Source: a virus (lineage: Duplodnaviria > Caudoviricetes). Taken from it: 52,535 nucleotides of DNA. The stretch covers positions 1-52,535 of IMG/VR virus record IMGVR_UViG_3300024520_007217, one strand, 5' to 3'. Below the pieces are notes generated by a model. The model had not been told where the DNA came from, ran no database searches, and was given only the letters and a program-made list of their open reading frames with translations. Numbering within the stretch: the first letter of the stretch is position 1; the number at the start of each line of letters is the position of its first letter. Below are positions 1 through 9,008 of this stretch, piece by piece. The position numbers were made by a program, and so were the translations under genes.

Positions 1-236
1 CGGGCTTCTATTAAGGCTATTTTGGATTCAGTTGCAAAATGGGAATGATCAGTCGATAAGTCAACAAAATAGCTGTCATAAGTCCCAGAACCAGAAGACA
101 TTACATTCGGTTTTGGACAGGGCTCGCTGTTTGGAAGATCAAGTCCTACAGATTTACATATGTGCTCTCTTAAAAGAGAGCCGCCCCCGCTTCCCAATAA
201 TATTTCAGCTTTTGTTTCTTTAAGAGGTTCTTTCAT
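1..236 (-). CDS. Hypothetical protein, runs off the left edge (partial)
   Basis: Manual translation from ATG at 236 (MKEPLKETKAEILLGSGGG...) is open to base 1 and overlaps the end of the upstream gene; not in the ORF track. Confidence 0.6.
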   Translation of the reverse strand, partial: MKEPLKETKAEILLGSGGGSLLREHICKSVGLDLPNSEPCPKPNVMSSGSGTYDSYFVDLSTDHSHFATESKIALIEA

Positions 237-780
237 TTTCATAAGCCTCCTTTGCCCGCTTAAAATTCCGTTCTACCCGAACCCCCATCAGGGGTGGCTC
301 GACGGTCCCGTCTAACCACTCAATAGGAAAGGCAGAACTTGCCACTGTCGGTCCTGGATTCGATGGCATACTCACCCGGCTCTCGTACAGTTTCAACTCG
401 TTGACGATGCTCTGAGCCGCGCTGATGATTCTCAACGCCAGCACCTCATCAATACCCTTGAGTGCAGCCAAGCCCCTGGCTGAAGCGAGGGCAACATTTT
501 GCACGCTTAAGCCCTCGCTCCCCCAATCATTCAGAATTTTTCTAGGAGGGGATTTTTGATAATAATACTCTTTTTCCAATTGTTTAGCATTATCTAATCC
601 CTCCCGATTCATCAACTTTCCAGCTTCTATGATCGCATTTTTAGCCGTCACCTTCCCTATCCCTTTATAAGGGACAAGCGCTTTTATTGTTGCCGTGGCC
701 AACGTTTCAACCGTCCAGCCATCGGCCTCGAGTAGTGCCACCATCGGAGCGGTTAACGATTCCATCTCATCCAATCTCAT
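220..780 (-). CDS. Helix-hairpin-helix repeat protein
   Basis: Two HhH-like units: TVETLATA...YKGIGKVTAKNAI and SVQNVALA...LKGIDEVLALRII. Confidence 0.65.
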   Translation of the reverse strand: MRLDEMESLTAPMVALLEADGWTVETLATATIKALVPYKGIGKVTAKNAIIEAGKLMNREGLDNAKQLEKEYYYQKSPPRKILNDWGSEGLSVQNVALASARGLAALKGIDEVLALRIISAAQSIVNELKLYESRVSMPSNPGPTVASSAFPIEWLDGTVEPPLMGVRVERNFKRAKEAYENERTS

Positions 781-1441
781 AAGTTAATCCCCATTTCTTG
801 GCAAATTTCTCGCGATTGGTTTCTGTGATTTTTTGGCGGCCAGGTAACCTCTTCCCGCTTTGCTCCCCCAGGTGCTGAAGGGGCAAGGAGATTTGTTGTA
901 GCCCATAACCTTTTTGAGCTGCACTATAGCACAAATCTATGTCCTCATAGTAAGCTGGTGTGAATCGTTCATCGAATCCGCCCAAATCATCATAGATTTC
1001 TCTTGTCATTGCCAGGCACCAGCCCGCCAAATAAGGGATCGGTTGCCCATCAAAAACATTCCACCCGGTGTCAGTGGTTATCAATTGCGCTCCGATTAAT
1101 GATTTGGGATTCGCCGAGATTGCTTTCTCTATAGCCGTGATGAAATCCCCTTTAATGATTATATCATTATTCAAAAAAACCAGGATGTTTCCCATGGCTT
1201 GTTTAGCCCCCTGATTCCCGGCTTTGCTAAATCCCAGATTTTCCTCATTACGCAGAACGATAAGCCTGTCGCATATAATATTGCTCCAGTACCGAAGTAT
1301 CCCGCCTGTTCCGTCCGTGCTCCCATTATCAATGATAATCCATTCGATAGTCGTGTCTTTTGGGTAATGGATGTCGTTTCCATAGAGATATTGTGCGGTC
1401 AGGTCCGCTCGATTCCAGACTGGGGTTATGACACTAATCAT
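767..1441 (-). CDS. Glycosyltransferase family 2
   Basis: ISVITPVWN, IIIDNGSTDGT, NLGFSKAGNQG, FLNND, GGFDERF, YEDIDL motifs. Confidence 0.92.
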   Translation of the reverse strand: MISVITPVWNRADLTAQYLYGNDIHYPKDTTIEWIIIDNGSTDGTGGILRYWSNIICDRLIVLRNEENLGFSKAGNQGAKQAMGNILVFLNNDIIIKGDFITAIEKAISANPKSLIGAQLITTDTGWNVFDGQPIPYLAGWCLAMTREIYDDLGGFDERFTPAYYEDIDLCYSAAQKGYGLQQISLPLQHLGEQSGKRLPGRQKITETNREKFAKKWGLTYEIG

Positions 1442-1970
1442 CGTTTCTCCCCACAGTCCTCAAAGCGGCCAGGCAAATTGCGTGAGGCGTAGTAGAGGCG
1501 GCATTATGTTTGGCGTCCTGATGAAAACAACCCTCCTCAAAGGCCGTCCATCCATCCTTAAAAGGAATGACACATAATCGGCACGTCTCAACCAGTTCCC
1601 ATGCTGACTTTATGTCTTTGGAAAAACGGGGAAGTTGCAAGGGATTCTGATCATCCGTCTTCAGGAACCACCAAGCACGCGCCCCTCCAACATCGCTAAA
1701 GTGATACCACCCCAAGACATCTTTAGCTATCAACTTGTCTAGTTCAAGCCCAGGTTTCAAATGGTCTTGCGTTACTATAAATGGGGTGCGCATTCTTGAC
1801 GATTGTTCCAAAGTTTTTATTTGTTTGTCCAACTCGATGACGGCTGATCCCAAGGCTAGTTTCCATCTGACATGCCCATTATATGTAGCCTTCATGATAG
1901 CATCATTAACAATAGAATTATTGTTAGCTATCTGATAAATTAATCGTTTGGGAAAACTATCCGATTCCAT
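1434..1970 (-). CDS. Phage ABA-sandwich-like domain protein (copy A)
   Basis: ELDKLIAKDVLGW...PRFSKDIKSAWELVE...PHAICLAAL signature; paralogue of 2052-2480. Confidence 0.7.
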   Translation of the reverse strand: MESDSFPKRLIYQIANNNSIVNDAIMKATYNGHVRWKLALGSAVIELDKQIKTLEQSSRMRTPFIVTQDHLKPGLELDKLIAKDVLGWYHFSDVGGARAWWFLKTDDQNPLQLPRFSKDIKSAWELVETCRLCVIPFKDGWTAFEEGCFHQDAKHNAASTTPHAICLAALRTVGRNDD

Positions 1971-2065
1971 CTATCGTCCTCCTTTATTCGCCCAGCGCCT
2001 CACGCCATCCGCGTCGGGCAGACCGCTACGGTTCCAGGCCGGGTGATAATGCTAATCAGCGTCAT
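1971..2065 (-). pseudogene. Chimeric remnant: frameshifted GT2 N-terminus joined to the C-terminus of the 89-aa gene
   Basis: MTLISIIT/PAWNRSGL resembles MISVITPVWNRADL (gene 767-1441); DADGVRRWANKGGR* resembles NADDVRRWTNKGGR* (gene 2480-2749). Confidence 0.7.
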
Positions 2066-2480
2066 CAAGGTTGCCAATATTCAAAGCTGCCAGACATATC
2101 GCATGGGGGGCAGTTGGTGCGGCGTTTTTAGACGCGTCGTGATAGACACGATGCTCTTGGAAAGCAGTCCACCACCCTTCCCAAGGAAGGATGCATAATC
2201 GAAACATTTGAACCAAAAGCCAGGCTGCCTTTATATCGGAAGAAAAACAATTAAGATGTACAGGCTGAATCGTTTTTCCTTCTATACGCCACCAAGACCG
2301 ATCTCCCCCGACATTGCTTTTTCGGAACCATCCTAAAACATCTTTAGCTATCTGCTCATCCAACTTGATGCCTGGCAGACCTTTATATGAAACAGGCTGA
2401 TTATATTTGTCTGCTATTTTTATGGCTTGTTTTAAGATTTCGTTCTCTCTAGTTAGTCTTGCAATCTCATCTGTATCCAC
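2052..2480 (-). CDS. Phage ABA-sandwich-like domain protein (copy B)
   Basis: KLDEQIAKDVLGW...FSSDIKAAWLLV...PHAICLAAL. Confidence 0.7.
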   Translation of the reverse strand: MDTDEIARLTRENEILKQAIKIADKYNQPVSYKGLPGIKLDEQIAKDVLGWFRKSNVGGDRSWWRIEGKTIQPVHLNCFSSDIKAAWLLVQMFRLCILPWEGWWTAFQEHRVYHDASKNAAPTAPHAICLAALNIGNLDDAD

Positions 2481-2749
2481 TATCGTCCCCCCTTATTCGT
2501 CCAGCGCCTTACATCATCCGCGTTGGCCAGGCTGAATGCCTTCTGCTTTTTCCCGCAGCAGCCACCTTTTTTACCCAAAATGAATTCAACATCCCGCTGA
2601 TCAACCCAGGCCAAGCAAATATTAGCCTCCGTTACGGCTACATATTCCTTCCCGCTAGGCCCCCCTGTTATCAATACCTGCCCCGGTTGCCGATATTTGA
2701 CGGCTATTTCGCCGGCCTCGTTTGTTTGTTGTGTCATTATCATTTCCAA
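2480..2749 (-). CDS. Hypothetical protein (GGCCG motif)
   Basis: Stop overlaps next start; exact start among three nearby ATGs uncertain. Confidence 0.65.
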   Translation of the reverse strand: MEMIMTQQTNEAGEIAVKYRQPGQVLITGGPSGKEYVAVTEANICLAWVDQRDVEFILGKKGGCCGKKQKAFSLANADDVRRWTNKGGR

Positions 2750-2762
2750 TTGAGGGCAGCAT

Positions 2763-2907
2763 CCCTCGTTCCCCGTGCCTGTGGGGGCGACACTGCCTTC
2801 TACAATTATCCGTCTCCCACGGTGCGGCGATTCCTGTTTCGCAGGGCTGCCATTGCATAGCCCTCCACAGGCATTATTATCGAGACGACGCGAGTCCTAC
2901 CGCCCCG
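2763..2907 (-). repeat. 145-bp dispersed element, copy 1 (candidate structured RNA or mobile unit)
   Basis: Gap-free alignment with 16089-16233, 18844-18988 and 24075-24219; strand inferred from the adjacent promoter motif. Confidence 0.95.
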
Positions 2908-3301
2908 TTTTATCACCTTGCATGTTACCACGCATCTCGGCGAACTCAACTACCGATAATCCTTCTCTAATTAGCTTCCGACAATTGGGGTGGCCCATAT
3001 CAGGGGCCTTTAGCCAATAGTAATAATGGCTAAGAAGCCGCTCTACTGGGTCCCGAAACAACATACCCCGCTGCAAGCCAGGAATATGGCGATACCGGGA
3101 CAAGAAAAAATGGCCATGGATAATGGTCGTCTTATTTTTTCTCAGTTGGGCTAATACGGGGAGGGGAGCCGGTTCGGGAATGTAATCGGGTCTATCTGTG
3201 TGGTTATAATCCCAAAAGACACGCTTGCCAAAGAGGTGATCAAGGTGCTTTTGGAATGATAGACCTGCACTTTTTGGTACGTGGACACTAACTAACTTCA
3301 T
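2897..3301 (-). pseudogene. Sulfotransferase family protein, probably 3'-truncated
   Basis: 5'-PSB-like HVPKSAGLS, IHGHF, 3'-PB-like FRDPVERLLSHYYY; after EFAEM the DNA switches to the promoter/element sequence shared with 16234-16265. Confidence 0.75.
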
Positions 3302-3343
3302 AACCGCAGCCTTTTGCTTCGTTCAAATTACACTTCTACTGAA

Positions 3344-3372
3344 ATGATACTCGGTTTTAATGAGTACGTCAA
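3344..3372 (-). promoter_or_regulatory. Sigma70-type promoter of the sulfotransferase gene
   Basis: TTGACG-17 bp-TATCAT on the minus strand. Confidence 0.6.
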
Positions 3373-3376
3373 CAAT

Positions 3377-3556
3377 CTAAATCGCATCAAACAATTGGGT
3401 CTCTAATAATTCTATCTCTTTTTGTTTTTTGGTAAATTGGTTCTCTAATTGCCGCCTGACACTAACGTCTTGTGTATCAGCCGCCTGATTGAATAAAATA
3501 TAGGTATCTATTTCAACAGCTTGTAATTGCTGTTCTAATTGTTTGGGGGTTCCCAT
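3377..3556 (-). CDS. Small coiled-coil hypothetical protein (59 aa)
   Basis: Manual translation MGTPKQLEQQLQAVEIDTY...LETQLFDAI*; starts immediately after the upstream stop with GGAGG RBS. Confidence 0.65.
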   Translation of the reverse strand: MGTPKQLEQQLQAVEIDTYILFNQAADTQDVSVRRQLENQFTKKQKEIELLETQLFDAI

Positions 3557-5128
3557 CTATACGCCTCCTGACAATCCTATTTCTCTAATCGCAGCAGACA
3601 TCCCTCTTATTTGAATATCTTTGAATTCATCAATTTTCCGGCTCCGCGAGTCCCTGAGCGCATACTCAAATAATGCCTTTCTCCGTAGATCATCCATTTT
3701 ACGCCGGCTTCTTGATTGGCGACTATACGACCCTATCTCATCTTCAAGAACAGATATCTCATTGGTGAATTTTTCTTGATTTGCACGAATAATTTTTTGA
3801 TTGTTTTTTATACGTGTTATTTTGGTATCTTTATGTAATTTTCTGACCCCTTCTACACCAATTTTATCTTGATCGGCTACATTGAAATGATCTCTCATCA
3901 CGGCCATAGCCGTCTTCCGTTCAGAGGGATCAACAAGCCATCGGCGCCGCTCAGAGTCCCATGTTCGCTTAGAAGCAACTACATTGCTTTTTAAATCCGA
4001 GACAAACTCGGCATTATAGGGAGTTACCAAATGTAATCTCCCCCTCTTTGTTCCGATTACCCCAACTTCTTTAGACAACCTGATTGCTGTATCCCGTTTC
4101 CCTCTGGCACGTTCCTTGTAAACCTCCCGTTCAGATTTATCGCTATCCTTGAAAGCTCGCTTGGCATCTTTCGTTGTCCCGTACTTCCAGCCATGGCGCT
4201 TTTGATTATGCTTTCCCTGCATGTGGCGCAAAACTAATATCTCTCCAGTCAACCATGCTAAATCCGCTTTAGCCCGATAGCCCGGTATTTCGTCCGGTCT
4301 CTGTGCTTCCCAACTATCACAAAAGTAGTCCTGATCTGCGACAAATTCATATCGCTCGCACCAATCACGACCAGGGTCTCCTAAGAACTGCTTGCAGTTT
4401 TTGCAGCGCCTGGGGTCAGTCGCCGGCGTATAGTTGGGGGCGTCGGATTGGGATTTGGTTACATCAGCTTTATTTTTAAGCTGCTTTTTGAGACCCTTAA
4501 GCTGTTTTTTTAATGCTCTTTCAATAAGTGTCGCTTTTACATTAGCTTCTTGCTTTTTCTTGAAATCATTAGTCGTTTCAAGTGTTTTTAGTTGAGCATC
4601 CATTTCTTTACTCAACTCGTCAGAAGTTAGTTTAGACAACTTATTTACAATCGGTTTGCTTATTTGGCTGCTCAATAATCCCAGATTATCAGGAAGGGTC
4701 GAAAACGCCTCATCTGTCTTTGATTTGGATTTAGAAGACGGTTTTTTCTCCCCACTCCCTCCCTCTTTTCCTGAATGTCTTTTCTGACTGTGTTTGCCGC
4801 GTAAGTGTCTCTCGATTTTCGCGTCACTCCCATACAAATTATCATCCATATGCTGCGCTTTCTCTGGACACGTTGCCCCCAAGTCAACGCAGCTATCATG
4901 GGCCCGCTGAACCATAACTCGGTCTTGCTGGCTATGTTTTGCCCCGGCTCTCTCAGTTATCGGCTGACATACCGCGCCAAGGGGAAGGGATAGGTCATGC
5001 ATCTTTTGAATGAGTTCGTTTTCGGGCTTCGTGTGACGGGTACCCAATTTTTCGATCAAAATATCGTCTTGAGACTGACTCCGAACTGTTAAAATCATGT
5101 TTGCTAATTCGCTCAGTGATGTTTGCAT
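3557..5128 (-). CDS. Multi-module putative internal head protein
   Basis: Two QxxHDxxxxLGAxC repeats, two HxxGKHxQKRH motifs, a four-Cys module (CKNC...WC...FCDSW), a HARP-like segment (TPYNAEFVSDLK...TWDSERRRW). Confidence 0.6.
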   Translation of the reverse strand: MQTSLSELANMILTVRSQSQDDILIEKLGTRHTKPENELIQKMHDLSLPLGAVCQPITERAGAKHSQQDRVMVQRAHDSCVDLGATCPEKAQHMDDNLYGSDAKIERHLRGKHSQKRHSGKEGGSGEKKPSSKSKSKTDEAFSTLPDNLGLLSSQISKPIVNKLSKLTSDELSKEMDAQLKTLETTNDFKKKQEANVKATLIERALKKQLKGLKKQLKNKADVTKSQSDAPNYTPATDPRRCKNCKQFLGDPGRDWCERYEFVADQDYFCDSWEAQRPDEIPGYRAKADLAWLTGEILVLRHMQGKHNQKRHGWKYGTTKDAKRAFKDSDKSEREVYKERARGKRDTAIRLSKEVGVIGTKRGRLHLVTPYNAEFVSDLKSNVVASKRTWDSERRRWLVDPSERKTAMAVMRDHFNVADQDKIGVEGVRKLHKDTKITRIKNNQKIIRANQEKFTNEISVLEDEIGSYSRQSRSRRKMDDLRRKALFEYALRDSRSRKIDEFKDIQIRGMSAAIREIGLSGGV

Positions 5129-5131
5129 TGG

Positions 5132-5437
5132 TTAATCCCTTGCTTTTAGTACCCTTTCAGTTAAATCAATTAACCCCTTAACATCAGGTTTCGCAGCCCT
5201 GCCATCTCCCAATGTCCCCGTTTCAATATATCGTGCCGACCTGATATCAACCGGTCTGACGGTCTCCCAAATTTGCAATAATCCCCGATATTCTTTCTCG
5301 TTAGCGGCTTGTATCAATCCGCGCAAGAAGTCAAGGTCGTTGATGTAACTAGCCGGGGGATTCGACAAATTAGACAGCAGGGTCATATAGCGACTAATCT
5401 GGGTATTTAGGGTCCGTTTATCTGCTTGTAGGCTCAT
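5132..5437 (-). CDS. Hypothetical protein
   Basis: Operon spacing; C-terminus LIDLTERVLKAR resembles the leader of neighbouring proteins. Confidence 0.65.
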   Translation of the reverse strand: MSLQADKRTLNTQISRYMTLLSNLSNPPASYINDLDFLRGLIQAANEKEYRGLLQIWETVRPVDIRSARYIETGTLGDGRAAKPDVKGLIDLTERVLKARD

Positions 5438-5449
5438 AATATTCTCGAA

Positions 5450-5692
5450 CTAATAGACCACTCTTTTATCGAATTTACTCTTATCGAATGATAATATCTT
5501 GCCCCCAAACTGGTTTACCACATCCTGAGCCACAGTGTAATCTGGATTTGGGTCCGAAGCCTCTGCCCCATCAGGGGGTAACAGGTTATTCAGAATCCGG
5601 GCTACCTTGGGGGTATCTGATGTCCAAACGTAGCCACTAATCGTTGCCTCAATACCATCTCTAAACCAGGGTAATTTTATCGTTGCCGCCAT
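5450..5692 (-). CDS. Small hypothetical protein coupled to the polyvalent protein
   Basis: TAATG overlap with upstream gene. Confidence 0.65.
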   Translation of the reverse strand: MAATIKLPWFRDGIEATISGYVWTSDTPKVARILNNLLPPDGAEASDPNPDYTVAQDVVNQFGGKILSFDKSKFDKRVVY

Positions 5693-8600
5693 TATGGGGT
5701 CCTCGATTGAGCATATATAAAATCAAACATGTCAGGGTCTGACTCGGCAAATTTAAGGGGGTCTTTATACATCATTTCTATGCCCATCGAAAAGACTTCG
5801 GTCGCTCGGGCTCCGTAATCTTTGCCAATATAAGCACTAAAAAACTTATCGGCCTTAGATTGTTCACTGTCATTATATCCTTCATTGCCTGTTAATTCTG
5901 CCAAGGGCCTGAATTTTTCGTCCTTTGTCCGCTTATCTCGCCACTCAATAGATCGCTGCAATAGTCGAGGGCTATTATGCTCGGCCATGTGTCCTAATTC
6001 ATGAGCCATCGTCGCACTGCCCGCAAATCCAGACATGTGAACCTCTGAAATATACCCAGGGCCACCGGAAGTGTGGAATGAGCGGTCCTCCGATGTATGG
6101 GCGAATCTCGTTCGTGTCCCTGCAGGAACCACATCATCACTGACCAACGATTCGAATCCTTCGCGCCCCTTTTTCCAGCCGCCCTTTTCTATAATATCTT
6201 TGTCTCGTTTGCTGCCTGAAGCAGCAACGATTTTGGTGGGATTATCAACAGCCACTAACCTCTTGATCTTTGATGAAGGCTTGTGCAAATCTCTTAATTC
6301 TTTGTTGATCTGTATTTGCCGGTCAGTATGTTCAAGTTGCTTATTAATCATAGCTATAGCCCGAGGGTCATTATCGGCGAAACTAGATTGCTGCATCTGT
6401 TTTATCAATTTGTCTGCGCGATCCCCCTCTTCTCTTGCCTCTTTCCCAAGCCGCGCTGATTCCCTCCTCCTAACCCGCTGTTCATTGGACATCTCAACCC
6501 TAACCCGCTTTGCCTCATTTAAATTATGCTGGAATAAGACATTGCTGCCCCCCTCAGTTTCAACCTGGTAACTTATCATGATTCCTTCTGTGGTGGCCTT
6601 ATCTGGGGGCAAAGCGTTGCGCTTGGCTTGCAATTCATTTAGTTTGTTTGTAGATCGCTTAAGTTTTTCGTCCTTTGCCTGCAATTGCAAAGCCAGCGCT
6701 TCCCTTTTTTTCCCCTCTTTCTCTAATTGCACTTGGAGCTTGTCTATCTTTGGCTTGTTGGCAAAGAAATTTCGGGAATCGCTCGATAAATCAAGAATTT
6801 TGCCACGGATTTCTTCTTGCTTATCCATGGAATTCCATAATTTGTTTTGAGCGTTATGAGCTCTAGTTCGATTTGTGTCATCTTGGCTCTGGGCTTTCGT
6901 TATATCATTATCGAGAACTCTAACCGTCTTAAGGCTCCTATCCCTCGTTTGTTTTGCTGCTGCAACTGTTGCCCTCGCTTCAGCCAACTTTGCAGGAGAA
7001 ACCCTAACGATTCCCTCTTTTCTAGCTTGGCGTTCTTTGGCGGCAGCCTCTTTGACAATTCGTCGGGATTCCCTGGGAGATGCGTTTATAGCCTCAAACC
7101 CCCCGCCACGTTTTGAGCCCCCCTTTTTGCCAGGACGACCAACGTGCCCCCAATTGCCCGATGTCGGCCCGCCCCTGAGCGTAATTATAGCCGCAGCCGT
7201 TGTAAACAGGCCCGGCTGAGGAGATTGCCCGGCTGAACTAATCCAGGCATCAATCAATTGATCCTTTGATCGGCCGCCTCCCCCACCAAATAATGACCCT
7301 TGTGACGGGTGAGGCTCACCTTCTATCAAGTCACTCCAGCCCCCGAAGAATTCTGATAACTGCTTGCCCGATCTGCGGCGTTTATCTATCTCTACCAATA
7401 TTTTCTCTTGTGGCGCATTGAGCTCTCGGCCAAACAGTGCTCCCTGAGCAAGAAAATCAGAGACAGATAGATTGCGATCTTTCAGACTAGAATAGACCTG
7501 GACGGTCTTGGTAATATCGCCTGCGATACTAAGCCCTGAGCTCCTCTGCCCGGTCCTTACTAGCTCTTCAGCCCGAGACATGGAGCCCAGGCTGTTCATG
7601 ATTCCATTAGTGACATTCTTGATGTCGTTATCCGTACTCTCGAATATGCGGTCGGATAGTTCCGGGCTATCAAAAACCCTATTAAACATCGCTGCTTTGA
7701 TTCTATTCTCGCCACTAGCAGTGAGGGTTCCGTTCCGATCAATCATCGTGGCACGCTCGACCTCTGGTGTGTTGGCCACGAATGAGCGCACAAAATCACG
7801 ATTGGCCGGCGCTTTTATTGTTGCCTCTATACTATCACGGGTCGTGATTTGTTGTAAATGCTCTGAGCTAATTCGTGATGCATCTGACCTGGCCCGCTCG
7901 GTATCGCTCGCGCCCAAGATGGAAGCGGTGTTGGCCTCCTTTGCGAATTCTACCCGATCAACATCCGTTTTCCGAACACGCACCAAAACGGGATTATCGA
8001 ATCCCTCGAGCGAAGCAGGATCGAGACCTTTGTCCTGAGCCGTCTTTTTTAGCTCTTGCTGGTATTTTGCGTATTGTTCAGGGTGTTGGTCTCTGGCTCG
8101 CCTAAGCGCCATGGAACGCCCATTCCCGCTCTCTACGGCGTTATCGTTTCCAATGATGGGCGTCCCTCGATCAATGGCCTTAAACTCACCTAATAGGGCT
8201 TCAGGTTCCAAATTAGCAGCAATGCTATCAATTTGACGCTGACTGGCAACGCGGGTTCGGTCTCTGGGTTGTAGTTCCTTGGGAAAATCAGGGTTAATCG
8301 AGCCACTATCGTTATTTGAGGTTATCAGATTATCAAGCTCCCTAACCTCGTAACGCATCTCAAACTTTTTGCTAGGGTCAGTCCCGAGAACGGTGACGGT
8401 ATGCCCGTGCGTCGTCTCTGGTTGTTCCCGCTTTAAGGAGTCGTTGGCTCCGTTGGAATCGCCTAACATCTGATCAATCCGAGAACGCAGGGTGAGCAAC
8501 TCGTCTCGAGAGAAGTCTTCAAGAGCGCGATCTTTGAGAAGTTTGGATTTTACCTCGCGGGTCGTGCGGGTTTTTTGCGAGGCTTGTTTTCGCTCTTTAT

Positions 8601-8760
8601 GGCTTGACCCCGGTTTAGCCCCAATAGCCGCCAGGCCCCCACCTCTGCCACTTCCACCTCGTTTGCCCTTGCGACCAACATGGCCCCAGTTTCCAGAGCC
8701 TGCGCCACCGCGTAAGACAAGTACTTGTTCGATCAGGTGAAGAAGATTGTCAAAATCCAT
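5692..8760 (-). CDS. Polyvalent protein: DdrB-like ParB domain, coiled coil, C-terminal zincin-like metallopeptidase
   Basis: ELQPRDRTR...GTPIIGNDNAVESGNGRSMAL (DdrB-ParB type); HELGH...EVFSMGIE (HExxH plus downstream Glu). Confidence 0.8.
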   Translation of the reverse strand: MDFDNLLHLIEQVLVLRGGAGSGNWGHVGRKGKRGGSGRGGGLAAIGAKPGSSHKERKQASQKTRTTREVKSKLLKDRALEDFSRDELLTLRSRIDQMLGDSNGANDSLKREQPETTHGHTVTVLGTDPSKKFEMRYEVRELDNLITSNNDSGSINPDFPKELQPRDRTRVASQRQIDSIAANLEPEALLGEFKAIDRGTPIIGNDNAVESGNGRSMALRRARDQHPEQYAKYQQELKKTAQDKGLDPASLEGFDNPVLVRVRKTDVDRVEFAKEANTASILGASDTERARSDASRISSEHLQQITTRDSIEATIKAPANRDFVRSFVANTPEVERATMIDRNGTLTASGENRIKAAMFNRVFDSPELSDRIFESTDNDIKNVTNGIMNSLGSMSRAEELVRTGQRSSGLSIAGDITKTVQVYSSLKDRNLSVSDFLAQGALFGRELNAPQEKILVEIDKRRRSGKQLSEFFGGWSDLIEGEPHPSQGSLFGGGGGRSKDQLIDAWISSAGQSPQPGLFTTAAAIITLRGGPTSGNWGHVGRPGKKGGSKRGGGFEAINASPRESRRIVKEAAAKERQARKEGIVRVSPAKLAEARATVAAAKQTRDRSLKTVRVLDNDITKAQSQDDTNRTRAHNAQNKLWNSMDKQEEIRGKILDLSSDSRNFFANKPKIDKLQVQLEKEGKKREALALQLQAKDEKLKRSTNKLNELQAKRNALPPDKATTEGIMISYQVETEGGSNVLFQHNLNEAKRVRVEMSNEQRVRRRESARLGKEAREEGDRADKLIKQMQQSSFADNDPRAIAMINKQLEHTDRQIQINKELRDLHKPSSKIKRLVAVDNPTKIVAASGSKRDKDIIEKGGWKKGREGFESLVSDDVVPAGTRTRFAHTSEDRSFHTSGGPGYISEVHMSGFAGSATMAHELGHMAEHNSPRLLQRSIEWRDKRTKDEKFRPLAELTGNEGYNDSEQSKADKFFSAYIGKDYGARATEVFSMGIEMMYKDPLKFAESDPDMFDFIYAQSRTP

Positions 8761-8779
8761 AATCTACAAAAAAGAGGTA

Positions 8780-9004
8780 TCAACTTGCGCCAAGTATACC
8801 ACTATCTATCAGGAAATCTGCATCTTCCTGATCTATAATGGCATCAGCAACCAATTGCGTTAAATATGCAATAGCGTTCTTAGCCGTCTTCGGTGCATTT
8901 GAAACTACTTCTTCCAACCGACGAGGCACACCAATTCCGTCAACCACTGAAAGTTCTCCACTTTTCCAGGTGTATCTGTTTTTTCTATTCTGTGATATGG
9001 CCAT
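8780..9004 (-). CDS. Small hypothetical protein downstream of ADP-ribosyltransferase
   Basis: Starts 4 bp after the ART stop; GAGG RBS. Confidence 0.65.
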   Translation of the reverse strand: MAISQNRKNRYTWKSGELSVVDGIGVPRRLEEVVSNAPKTAKNAIAYLTQLVADAIIDQEDADFLIDSGILGAS

Positions 9005-9008
9005 AATC

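Noticed and set aside
2052-2054. Stop-codon reassignment or TAG read-through (frame stays open past this TAG to 1971)
   Set aside because: Core genes are intact under the standard code and end in TAG, TGA and TAA; the open frame is explained by the recombination scar
2459-3020. Plus-strand ORFs over the element, also at 16062-16283, 18737-19231 and 23981-24328
   Set aside because: Their similarity comes only from the DNA repeat; they use different frames and oppose the local transcription direction
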